Positions 12,953 through 23,330 of a stretch of DNA of 64,000 bases are shown in pieces. Position 1 is the stretch's first letter, and the number at the start of each line of letters is the position of its first letter. Below the pieces are notes generated by a model. The model was not told the DNA's origin, made no database searches, and saw only the letters and a program-made list of their open reading frames with translations. A program made the translations under genes and the position numbers. Origin of the DNA: Dendrobates tinctorius (taxonomy: Eukaryota); NCBI RefSeq assembly GCF_039654945.1, contig NW_027361757.1:2728001-2792000 (forward strand), given 5' to 3'.

Positions 12953-13711
12953 AAGTCAATGAAATGCAAACTATAGTCCAATAGTCAAGTAATGTGATAT
13001 AGTCAACTGTGACACCAGGTCTAACATGGTGTTATTTATACATTTTGTTTGCACACTTATTATTCATATTAACTAATAACATTTTATTACATATTAATGT
13101 ATTTATGTAGTCCCATAATACAGCCTCTTGCACACTTTTACTAGTGGAAGTGCGAAAGTACTGTCCTCTAGCTAATAGCACAAAGAAATTATGACAGCTG
13201 GGAAGTCAATGAGCTTGCATATATAATAAAAGATTTATATATTGCCTGTGAGATCTTATATGCAGGATTTGTACGTCTGGATGGATGAATGGCTGTTGCA
13301 TTATTCACTAGTGGCCCTTAAAACAGCCATTATGACACAAAAAATAGTGGCAGCTATGTATAGGAATCAAGGACTGGAAAAACAATTATCCATTGCTCTC
13401 AATGAAAAACACATTTCAACAATGTAATTAACATTAGACATCTTCCTGGAAAGACACAGGTGAACTGGTATTAGTGTATTTGGTCTCGTTTATGCCATAC
13501 AGAGGTGTTTTTTTCTTTCTTTTGGATATAAAAGGTTGAAAACTTTTTGCACTCCCCTAATGCAATAACGATGTGAGTAAACTGCCGAGGTAGGCTTTGT
13601 AAGCATTCAACAATATTTGTTTCTTTCGGTTTTGAACAAAGTTAAAAATATGTAAATGCTTATTATATTCTTATTCTTTTAAAACTCAATTGAGAAAATG
13701 TATTGAGTGAC

Positions 13712-14660
13712 TTAGAGAAGTTGTCCCGCAAACAAAGTACATTTTAATCAATAGCTCTGAGAATAAAAATAATTTCAACAATTGAGATGTGGTATGATCA
13801 GACCATGTCCCTGTACAGTCAGACACGGCCATTACACAGTACACAGCAGGGGCACATAAGATTGTCTCAGCACAGGGACATTTTATTGAAGATATCTGAT
13901 TGTGTAACTCATTATTCCAATATCTACTGATTAAAGTGTAGTTTGTTCGCTAGGCATCCCCTTTAACACCTTCACGACCTCTAAAGTATAGATACGTCTA
14001 ACGTCGTGTCCCTGTCTTTGGTGCGGGTTCCGACGCTGAGCTTGCATCTTTCCCCACAGTTAATGTCTGATTTAATCGAGATCCACCAAAGGCTATTAAC
14101 CAGTTAAATGCAGCTGTCCATCACCAACCGTGGCATTTAACACATGTTGGCCAGAAGCGCATCATAAGTCCCACCCATTAGCGCCCCTGTCACGTGATCA
14201 TGGTGTGCCGATAGGTTGTCATGACAGGCGGGGGGACTGTAGAAGAGCCCTGTGATTGTCATTGTGAATCACCTATGAATGTCGGATGAAGCTCTGCTAT
14301 GTGTAGCACAGGCGATCGGATGTTTCCAGCCTCAAGTCTCCTAAGAGGACTATTGAAGTCAATAAAAAGTGAAAAAAAAAGTTTTCAAAAATATAAAAAA
14401 AATGAAAAAAACATGAGTTCAAATTACCCCCTTTTTGCCTCATTGAAAACCATGAAAAAACCAAGACCATGTTTGATATTGCTGTATTCAGAAATGTCCA
14501 ATCCATCAAAATATAAAGGTAATAAATCCAATTGGTAAATGGCGTTATGAGAAAAAAAAAATCGAAAAGCCAGAATTACATTTTTAAGGTTGCAACATTG
14601 CAAAAAAAATGCAATAACGGGTAATCAAAACATTGCATCTATGGTGTGAACAAAAATGTC
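13712..14660. mobile_element. T2-type MITE (13712-13962) abutting a TTAA piggyBac-like fragment (13967-14660) at a shared TTAA
   Basis: Junction ...CATCCCCT|TTAA|CACCTTCACGACC; inverted arms within the MITE. Confidence 0.5.
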
Positions 14661-15177
14661 AGTTGAAGTTGAAATGATCTCTAAAAGTCCTAAAGTTCAA
14701 GATGACACATTTCCTTTGTATTTTAGGCAATATATATATTTTTTTTTCATTTTTTGCACTTTAAAAATGGCAAAAAAGGAAAATGGGCAATGCAAAGGTT
14801 TGGGCATCCTGCATGGTTAGTACCAAAAAGATGGAGTCAGCAAGTCTCTCTTTAGAATGAATATAAAATAATCTCTATTACCACAATAAACATCCACAAT
14901 TAGTAAAATATCTTCCATCAGTAGAAATAGTAATGTTTAAATGACAGGTAGATTTGTAAAGGACTCAGATATAACGAGTCTGGAAGTCAACACTAAACAT
15001 TAGAGTAAAAGAACCTGGGGAATCATGTTCCTGAGGAATAGAACCAAATTAAAATAAGCTAATATGTCTTTAAGAGGCCATAAGTATGATGGTTAGCTCA
15101 GGAATGATCCTTATTCCTTACCCATATGAATCCCAGTGCGACACCAGACTTCCAGCCCCTGCGCGCGTTTCTGCTTG

Positions 15178-16880
15178 AATCTGATTGAAAGCATGCCCAG
15201 AAGGATTGAAGCACTGCTGAAAGCCAAAAATGGTTTCACAAAATACTAACAAAATAACCAAATATAAAATTTAGATTTTTAGAAGCAAAGCATTAACAAT
15301 GCAGTCACATGTTAAGAATCTGTATAACTAATATACTAAATTGTTCCAAATCAAATTTATGTATAAGATAGTCAGATAATCCTTTAATCATCCCACCATG
15401 GGGAAATTCAGAAATGGGGAAATTCATGGGGAATGTCATAGTCAAGATGATTGTCTATAAAATGATGATAGTGTCACATTTGAAGCAGTAGTGGATGGTG
15501 AGATATGGAACCAGAAAGTCAAAAGTTCAGAACACTGTTACCCTTTTGCTCATCAGTGTATTCTCACAGCCCAACACCATGCATTCATCAAGAACATTAG
15601 AATTGGCAGCTCCAACACTGGCACCATGTTCCGTTACAGATGAGAGCAGGCCAGCATTGAGGATGTCAAATATGTGAAAAAGTATGGAGACGCCATTGAG
15701 AACATTATGCTGCTTGTCCCATCATTCTGTATGACCAGTTATAGTCTGCTCTTACACAAAAGGTCTGCCACTGTAGCCATACTGCAAGTAAATCTTCATT
15801 CGATCATAAAAATAATATATTTGATATGCATGCCTGATGCTATTGCATGTCAAGCTTAACAACTCTTTGTCATATTCAGTGTCATTGATTGTTTGGAAGT
15901 GCACGTTCTGAAAAGCTTTTACAAACTTCCATGTGATAGTCAATGAGACCCTTACCACTGTTATGTACCTGGAATTAAATCTTCAGACCCTTAAGGGGGT
16001 TTTACACATAGCGATATCGCTAGCAATATCGCTAAAGCATCAACGATTTGGTGACACAGCAGCGATATCGCTATGTGTGATACTTACCTCTGACCGGCTC
16101 TCCAGCTGTCTGTCATTGATCGCGTAGCTCCATTTCTCATCGGGCGCTTCCTGCTGGGCTTCCTGCTGGCACCAAAGAGCGACACGTGGACGCGGACGGG
16201 AGGATGTCAGGATCGCCGCGTCTGAAAGGTAAGTAACAACCGCTGTATCGCTGCTGCATCGCTGTGAGATCTGCCTGTGTGGCAGCTCCCTAGTGACCAT
16301 TTAGCGATGCACCAGTGATCCTGACCGGGTCGTATCGTTGTCGGGATTGCTGGTGCATTGCTAAATGTAAAGGGGCCTTTACACTTGTGTTGAGGGCCTT
16401 GTATTACTCTTGGCGCGTGATATTGCTTGACTACAAGTAGCCATAGTATGTAATCAGATCCTGAATGATAAAGGCATTGATGTCATTGGTTGGTCTTCAC
16501 ATTTTCCAAGACCTGAATCTAATTGAGAACTAATTGGGAGCATATGTATGAATGCATCTACCATCACCAAGTAGCACCATTGTCCAGGAGCTCACTGATA
16601 CCGTAATCCAAGTCTGACAGAAGATCCTTGATGAGATGATTCCTGGTTTCATCAGGAACACTCAAAGACATTGTCTGGAGTGCATACAGGCATATGGGGT
16701 CACACACTATGAGTGAAAATTATGAGTTGCAGTCATTAGAGTAGATTAGATACTTCAGTGATCTTTGTTTTATTTTGCAATGAATAGTTTTGAATCCAGT
16801 TCTCAATTGGTCAATGATATTGTTTTTCATTGACCATTGATACATCATTTTCTTCTCTTTGGATTACAGAATTTATGTCA
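15178..16880 (+). mobile_element. Decayed Tc1-family transposase remnants, interrupted by a Harbinger MITE
   Basis: LIESMPRRIEALLKAKNGFTKY* at 15181-15249; DLNLIEN-like motif at ~16509. Confidence 0.55.
15994..16378. mobile_element. PIF/Harbinger-type MITE
   Basis: TTA TSD at 15991-15993 and 16379-16381; TIRs AGGGGGTTTTACAC / GTAAAGGGGCCT. Confidence 0.75.
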
Positions 16881-17350
16881 ATAAAGGTTTTGTTAATCAA
16901 AATTCTTTAGCAAGAAGAAAACATAAACTCAACCCAAAATGTGCCTTGTTCTAACAGCTAGCTGTTTGACACATAAGTCTGCTTCATCCTTTCCATCTAT
17001 TTAGTCGATTCATCTGATTGTAAACCATAAACACTTTCTGAACCCGTTATTGGAGAACTAGTGGATAATGTGAAATACAAATATTAGCTCCATGATTTAT
17101 GTTAGAATGATAAAGCATATGGGGACAAGGTTATTGGTCAGAGACCCATAACTCAGCGTTTCCAAACTTTTATTACATTTGACGTTGACCCATAACACTC
17201 CCTTGGCATCGTTTTTTTAATGAATCGTCCTAGTTAGTTTGTACATCACTGCTTCCGCTGACAGTGCTCTGTTGGAAATAAAATACTCCACTTTCCCACT
17301 CAACCACAGTTGTTCTTTCCTTTTTTTTTCTCTCTGGTTGTTTCTCTTAG

Positions 17351-17497
17351 ACTAAATTCAATGGTATGGAAAATGCAAAGGTAAACTCTTCTGGCAACGA
17401 AAAAAAAATGTCCACAATGCTTTCAAAAGCCATAAAACCAAAATCCCTATTAGAGAATGAGGCCATTAATAGCAGCAGTGTCCAAGTGCGGTTTTGG
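17351..17497 (+). other. Candidate plus-strand exon, 147 nt, open in phase 0 (coding or lncRNA)
   Basis: Long polypyrimidine tract plus TTAG acceptor; TGG|GTAAGT donor; 49 open codons. Confidence 0.4.
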
Positions 17498-17519
17498 GTA
17501 AGTAAACCTATTTCCATCT

Positions 17520-17615
17520 TCACATGATTACACATATAACTGGAACGCACCCATGCAAGCTTCCCGAGTGCCCCAATGTGCGTGTATGAGGGAGTAGGAA
17601 AGGTGTGGGTGAATG
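17520..17615 (-). CDS. Candidate terminal coding exon of an unidentified host gene (HSPTPFLLPHTRTLGHSGSLHGCVPVICVIM*)
   Basis: Long pyrimidine tract and ...TTAAACAG acceptor; phase 0 joins the 17894-17964 exon; ends in CaaX-like CVIM; AATAAA on the minus strand at 17169-17174. Confidence 0.4.
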   Translation of the reverse strand, partial: HSPTPFLLPHTRTLGHSGSLHGCVPVICVIM

Positions 17616-17893
17616 CTGTTTAAATGTATGAAAAAAAAACCCATCATATAAAAAAAAAGAGGAGGAAAGGAAGTGAATCAGGGTCGTTTCCATTTTAATT
17701 GTAAAACAGATAAGCACTAAACACTTTGAAAAAGTAAATGACTTGAGAATAATTACTATCTATTACTCGGCATCCCAGGGGTGCAGTTTGAGGAGCCCAG
17801 ATGGCTACAAAAATGGGATTTAGCAGAAAATTGAAGACATTATTCACCGTAACACATTATCAATTACCTTCATATCAATTACAATAACCTTAC

Positions 17894-17964
17894 ATTAGAA
17901 GAGGGGCCAGGAGACTTCCTGTAGCCCCCTAGACTTAATGGTAATTGTGCGCTCCATGCAGGCT
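17894..17964 (-). CDS. Candidate internal exon, 71 nt (PAWSAQLPLSLGGYRKSPGPSSN)
   Basis: Strong acceptor TTCTCCCCTCCCCTATGTCTCCTTTGCAG; donor AAT|GTAAGG; only one frame is open (phase 1 to 0); non-repeat context. Confidence 0.5.
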
Positions 17965-18755
17965 CTGCAAAGGAGACATAGGGGAGGGGAGAATGAAACA
18001 AGTCGAAACATTAAACCCCCTATCACTGCAGTTCTATATTATCATTGTCACTCCCTCTGCTTCTTCTTCATACTCGCCTCACTTAAAGTTTCTTTCCTTT
18101 TCTTTATTTTTAATTATTAAGAAACTATTCATGTCAATGCATCTTACTTGCCGGTATAAAAATAGACAATATTGTTTGGGTCATAAATTAAGATTGTAAT
18201 GGCAAAGAAGGTCAAGTACTGTATATCTTCATTACTGACAGTCGAGGATCTTCTCTTGATTCCTAGTTTCTAGTATACCAAACTTATTTATACTGTTTTT
18301 CGTTTGTAGTCAAGTTTTGACTTGTGTTGCTTTAGGATAGCATTAGAAAGTTAAAGGAAAACTCAGAAAAAATACTACTTTTGTTCAGAATCCGAACTAT
18401 TGATGTTCTCTACAGGTTACTGCACTTCACAATTTTGAAAATTAGTGGAGCTTGTGCAAGCCATCACATCAGTGTTGAGGCGCAGAACAATAAAGATTTT
18501 CCGATCAGTAGTGTCTTGACAACTTAAGCAGTTGCCTGGAGAAAAGAAGACGCTCAACATGCATAGGTAACTAGTTAACGTTCACTGGACAAGTTGGGAG
18601 GGGGAAAGCATTTTGGAGATCCATTACTCATTATAAAAATGTTTAAATGCATTTTTTAATGTGTTGGCCATAGTACAGCCAGAGGCTGTCATGTGTACAA
18701 CCTGGTAGAGAAGAACATAGCTGCATTATTCATGATGTGCTAACCAGGAGCCTTA

Positions 18756-19249
18756 GGGTGGTTTCACATTAGCGCTTTTTAAGCGCACGCACGGCCGGGG
18801 GTAGCTCCGCCCCTGAGCCGGCTCTCTGCCCGGCGTGCCCGCCCCTTGCTTGTAGCGCCGCCTCCTAGCGCACAGCGGCGCCTGCGATCGGAGCACCCTA
18901 TCTTTAGCATAGGGTGCGCAGATCGTGCGCAGGCCGTGCGCTAGTTGCGCTTTGACCTGCACTGCGCACTTTTGACGGTGCGCCGGGCGCGCCAAAATCA
19001 AACTTTTTGGATTTTGGCGCGCACGGCGCACCGTCAAAAGTGCGCAGCGCAGGTCAAAGCGCAACTAGCTCATGGCCTGCGCACGATCTGCGCACCCTAT
19101 GCTAAAGATAGGGTGCGCCGATCGCAGGCGCCGCTGTGCGCTAGGAGGCGGCGCTACAAGCAAGGGGCACGCCGGGCAGAGAGCCGGCTCGGGGGCGGAG
19201 CTACCCCAGGCCGTGCGTGCGCTTAAAAAGCGCTAATGTGAAACCACCC
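18756..19249. mobile_element. Young, near-perfectly palindromic PIF/Harbinger MITE
   Basis: TTA TSD (18753-18755, 19250-19252); TIR GGGTGGTTTCACATTAGCGC; arms complementary to the centre at ~19000. Confidence 0.9.
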
Positions 19250-19455
19250 TTACATCAGCTTTATATCAGATATAAAATATAACCTTTATTGGAACTTATC
19301 TAAAACAAGACACCATACAAAATAAACAACAACCAACTGTGCCACCTACCATAGCCCTGCAAAGGAGCCCTGATATCAAACTACCTGACAGCAGAGGTTG
19401 GCACCCTAAACACAATCGAGATTGGAGCCCCCGCTCCATGACGGCTGAACCCCAA

Positions 19456-19812
19456 GGCTATGTGCCAACGTATGCAGAAAATTTCTGCATGAAAACCGGA
19501 CTCCTTCCCAGAAAATGTGCGTTTTTTTCAGTGAGTTTTTTGCGCAAAAAACACGCGTTTTGATGCGTTTTTTTCCGTGCGTCCCCAGACACATAGAAAA
19601 TAGCTAAAAACGTGGATTTTTCCACAAAATTAATGAGCATGCTGCGTTTTTTACCGCAAAGCATTTTTTCGTGGAAAAAAAATATCAATATGCACAAAAA
19701 GTGCAAAATGCATTAAAATGAAGAGGATGCTTCTTTTAAGCGATTTTTAAGCATTTTTGCCAGTAAAAACGCTTAAAAAACGTGAAAAAAACGCTTACGT
19801 GGGCACACAGCC
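19456..19812. mobile_element. PIF/Harbinger MITE inserted in a Penelope-like fragment (~19253-20146)
   Basis: TIRs GGCTATGTGCCAACGT / ACGTGGGCACACAGCC; CAA/TAA flanks. Confidence 0.75.
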
Positions 19813-20164
19813 TAAATCTCCTATATAACCCTGGACTGGTGCAGCATGCAGTCACTCAATTGACCAGGAAAGAAGCATAAAGAGGTTGCCAAAATAAAGG
19901 TAGATGGGTAGGCAACAATGAAAAATGTGCAACAAAGGTGCTAGTGACACAGACAATAAAGTAGCATGTGCAAAACAAATGAGTACCTGACTCTACTGTT
20001 CCCTGTGACTGTAAGCCTTCCTGTCAGCGGAGGTTGGCACCCTACTGGTCAGTGGAATGGCGGCCCCGCTCCACAACGGCTGTCCCTTGGAATCCCTGAT
20101 ATGATAATTCAAATTGATAACAATAAGTAAATAAAAGGGTACTCAAGTCAGCATCTGACTATTC

Positions 20165-20202
20165 ACCTCCTGATGATCCGGTTAGGAGAAACGCGTTGAG
20201 GT
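20165..20202 (+). ncRNA. Apparently intact minimal type I hammerhead ribozyme
   Basis: ACCTC-CTGATGA-TCC-GGTTA-GGA-GAAA-CGCG-TT-GAGGT: all core nucleotides present, stem I 5 bp, stem II 3 bp, palindromic stem III. Confidence 0.75.
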
Positions 20203-20396
20203 TTTTCTTATCAACTACCAACATTGAGTACCCTTTTATTTACTTACTGTTATCAATTTGAATTGTCATTAACATTTTTCTGCCACATTTGTCAATATTA
20301 CATTGCTGGCATAACCATACCTCCTATGTTATCATATTATTGTGTTGCCCTTGTTAAGGATCATTAGACATATCAGAGTTCCCACCCTACACTGCC

Positions 20397-20855
20397 TGTC
20401 TAGAAATGCACACGTGCATACAGGGTGGTAACGGTCCCACCTACACACACAGCAAATACGCACAATCTTATTGCACCGACAGGCGTGCCAAAGATCCTTT
20501 TATAGGAAGTGCCAATCAGACAGGACTTTGCTCACAGACCAATCCGGAGCCAGCACAGGACCTGAGCAGCTGACGGCCGACTACCAATGAGAGGTCATCA
20601 CCTCACGAGCATGCTTAGTAGCGCAAATCCTGGACAGCCTCAGGAACGACTACTTGCCACTGACTAATGTTAGTTGCCATAGCTGAACCTGGAGAGGCAG
20701 CAGTAACAATGCACACAGCCTGGGTCTGAGCAAGATGTTGAGACCGCTGTCCTTGCTGAGCAGCATCCACCGAGGTCGAGCCTGAATGGGAGACCACAGG
20801 AGAAGATGAAGCTTGGGATCCATTCTGTGCAGAGGGAGAATCCTGGTGCCTAACA
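20397..20855 (-). mobile_element. LTR fragment, same family as 35152-35682
   Basis: Minus strand starts TGTTAGG; long shared blocks with 35350-35682. Confidence 0.6.
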
Positions 20856-21713
20856 CACTTAGTATTAAGGTTCATAAAGCATATTCTTTAGAATTTACCT
20901 TCAATAACTTTTTAGTTTCTGATCACACCATCTTTCGTGGAATATGCTCTAGGCAGAAGTTTCTGTGATAAATCAGGGTTCATCAGCTGAAATTAGGGCA
21001 GTCATGAATTAGTGTGATTGAAGCAATAGATGTGCCATATATTCAGGATTTGTAAGCAGCACATTTCTGGGAACTCTAGAGTAGTTTTCAATTTTCCATT
21101 ACTCTGCTTTCCTCACAGTCTAATTGGTATGTGTAAAATATTGATTCGCTGCATTTATGTTGTATATCAGTGGATACTCAGTATATACATTAGAGAATGA
21201 AAAGGGATTTTTATGTGTTTGTATGAGATCGGAGGCCTCCAAAATAAACATGTTACACATTCCTTACTTGTGTTGATTAGCAAAGGGTCACAAACTTCAA
21301 ACAAAGGGAGAATAGAGGTCTAATCTCATTCAGTACAGAGACACAACTGAAAACTCAGAACAAAAGTTGCATAAACTGTTTTCACTGACTCATCCCCATT
21401 GACCTCATTTCTGCCAGTTTCCTTACTCCCGTCATTTGTGACTTATGAATTAGGCACCAGGAAATCTATTAATTAACCAAAACACTCAGTCTGGAAATGA
21501 ATGCCCTGAACACTATTTAGTAGCTTATATGCAGTCTGTAATTTTCCCAGTGGTTGAGGCCAATTTTCTTTGCAATTGAATTATCATGATGAGCTAAGAA
21601 AATTGTATTGATCCTCTAAATTTTTACTTATAATATGTCTCCTGTTATCTTATTTGTTTTTTTCCCTGAATACTCGAACATATAAATAGTAATTTAGGAG
21701 TCAATAAAAAAAA

Positions 21714-22108
21714 AAGACGACTGAGGGGTGATCTAGTAACCATGTATAAGTATATAAGGGGACAATACAAATATCTCTCCGAGGATCTGTCTATACCAAG
21801 AAAGGTGACGGTCACAAGGGGGCATTCTCTGCGTCTGGAGGAGAAAAGGTTTTTCCACCAACATAGAAGAGGATTCTTTACTGTTAGGGCAGTGAGAATC
21901 TGGAATTCCCTGCCTGAGGAGGTGGTGATGGCGAACTCAGTCGAAGGGTTCAAGAGAGGCCTGGATGTCTTCCTGGAGCGTAACAATATTGTATCTTACA
22001 GTTATTGTTAGGTTCTTTAGAAAGACGTAGATCTGGGGATTTATTCTGATAGAATTTTATAGGCTGAACTGGATGGACTGTCTTTTTTCGGCCTTACTAT
22101 GTTACTAT
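21714..22108 (+). mobile_element. 5'-truncated CR1 LINE (ORF2 C-terminus plus 3' UTR)
   Basis: RRLRGDLVTMYKY...TRGHSLRL...RRGFFTVRAVRIWNSLPEEVV; 3' tail ACTATGTTACTAT. Confidence 0.92.
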
Positions 22109-22336
22109 AAAACCAGCTGAAATGAAAAATATAAATTACATATCAATTTTATTAATAACATTATTATTTATTTTGTAATTCAGATACTAAGAAAGATATG
22201 CTGATGAAAAATGATTTGTTAAAAATGTCCACATTTTTTACAGAATTTTTTAAGCTACTAAATATAGAATTGTAAGTTTTGAATAATTGATAATGCAACT
22301 TGTTATTTAGTGGAATCTAGAATATCATTTCCTTAA

Positions 22337-22951
22337 AGGGAATCTGTCACCCCATTTTTCGAGTATCAGCTGCCAGCACCACCATCAGGGGCTTATCTGC
22401 AGCATTCTGTAACGCTGTAGATAAGCCCCCGCTGTAACCTGAAAGATAAGAAAAATGAGTTAGATTATACTCACGTGGGAGCGGTCCGGTCTTGGTTCGA
22501 TGGGTGTTGCGGTCCAGCGTCTCCCATCTTCTAAGGGTGACATCCTCTTCTTTGCTGCCTGTTGTGGTTCCTGCACAGGCGCACTGCTTTGCCCTGTTGA
22601 GGGCAGAGCAGAATACTGCAGTGCACAGGCGCTGAACCTCTCCCGCACCTGCGCACTGCAGGACTCTGCTCTGTCCTCAACAGGGCAGAGCAGTGCGCCT
22701 GTGCAGGAGCCACAATGGGAAGGAAAGAAGAGGACGTCACCATTAGAAGATGGGAGGCGCCGGACCGGACCGTGACACCCATCGGACCAAAACCGGACCC
22801 AGACCGCCCCTGGGTGAGTATAATCTAACACATTTTTCCTATCTTTCAAGTTACATCTGGGGCTTATCTACAGCATTACAGAATGCTGCAGATAAGCCCC
22901 TGATGGCGGTGCTGGCAGCTGATAATAGAAAAATGGGGTGACAGATACCCT
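22337..22951. mobile_element. Palindromic T2-family (Kolobok-type) MITE
   Basis: TTAA TSD (22333-22336, 22952-22955); TIRs AGGGAATCTGTCACC / GGTGACAGATACCCT; ~300-bp complementary arms. Confidence 0.9.
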
Positions 22952-23117
22952 TTAAAAGATATGACCTATTAACAGAGTGTCTATTAAGGCAAAACAATTT
23001 ATTATAGGTGGTCCTCCACTGGGGACTCCCATTCTATCTATCTCCATCTAACCCCCACCCCCTGAAGATGGCTGGACCGTCATTGTAAATACATCATTGT
23101 AAATACAAACCTGTGCT

Positions 23118-23302
23118 TTGTATCCCCCCCACCTCATTGTAGATTGTAAGCTCCACGAGCAGGGTCGTCTTATTTCGCTTTAATTATTGTATTGTTAACG
23201 TTGTTACTTATGACTGTTGTGTTTGAAACTGTTCAACTGTAAAGCGCTGCGGAATATGTTGGCGCTATATAAATAAAGATTATTATTATTATTATTATTA
23301 TT
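23118..23302 (+). mobile_element. L2-type LINE 3' end
   Basis: TAGATTGTAAGCTC...TGTAAAGCGCTGCGGAATATGTTGGCGCTATATAAATAAAG(ATT)n. Confidence 0.7.
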
Positions 23303-23330
23303 CTATGAGCTAGAACAGAAACGTAATGTG

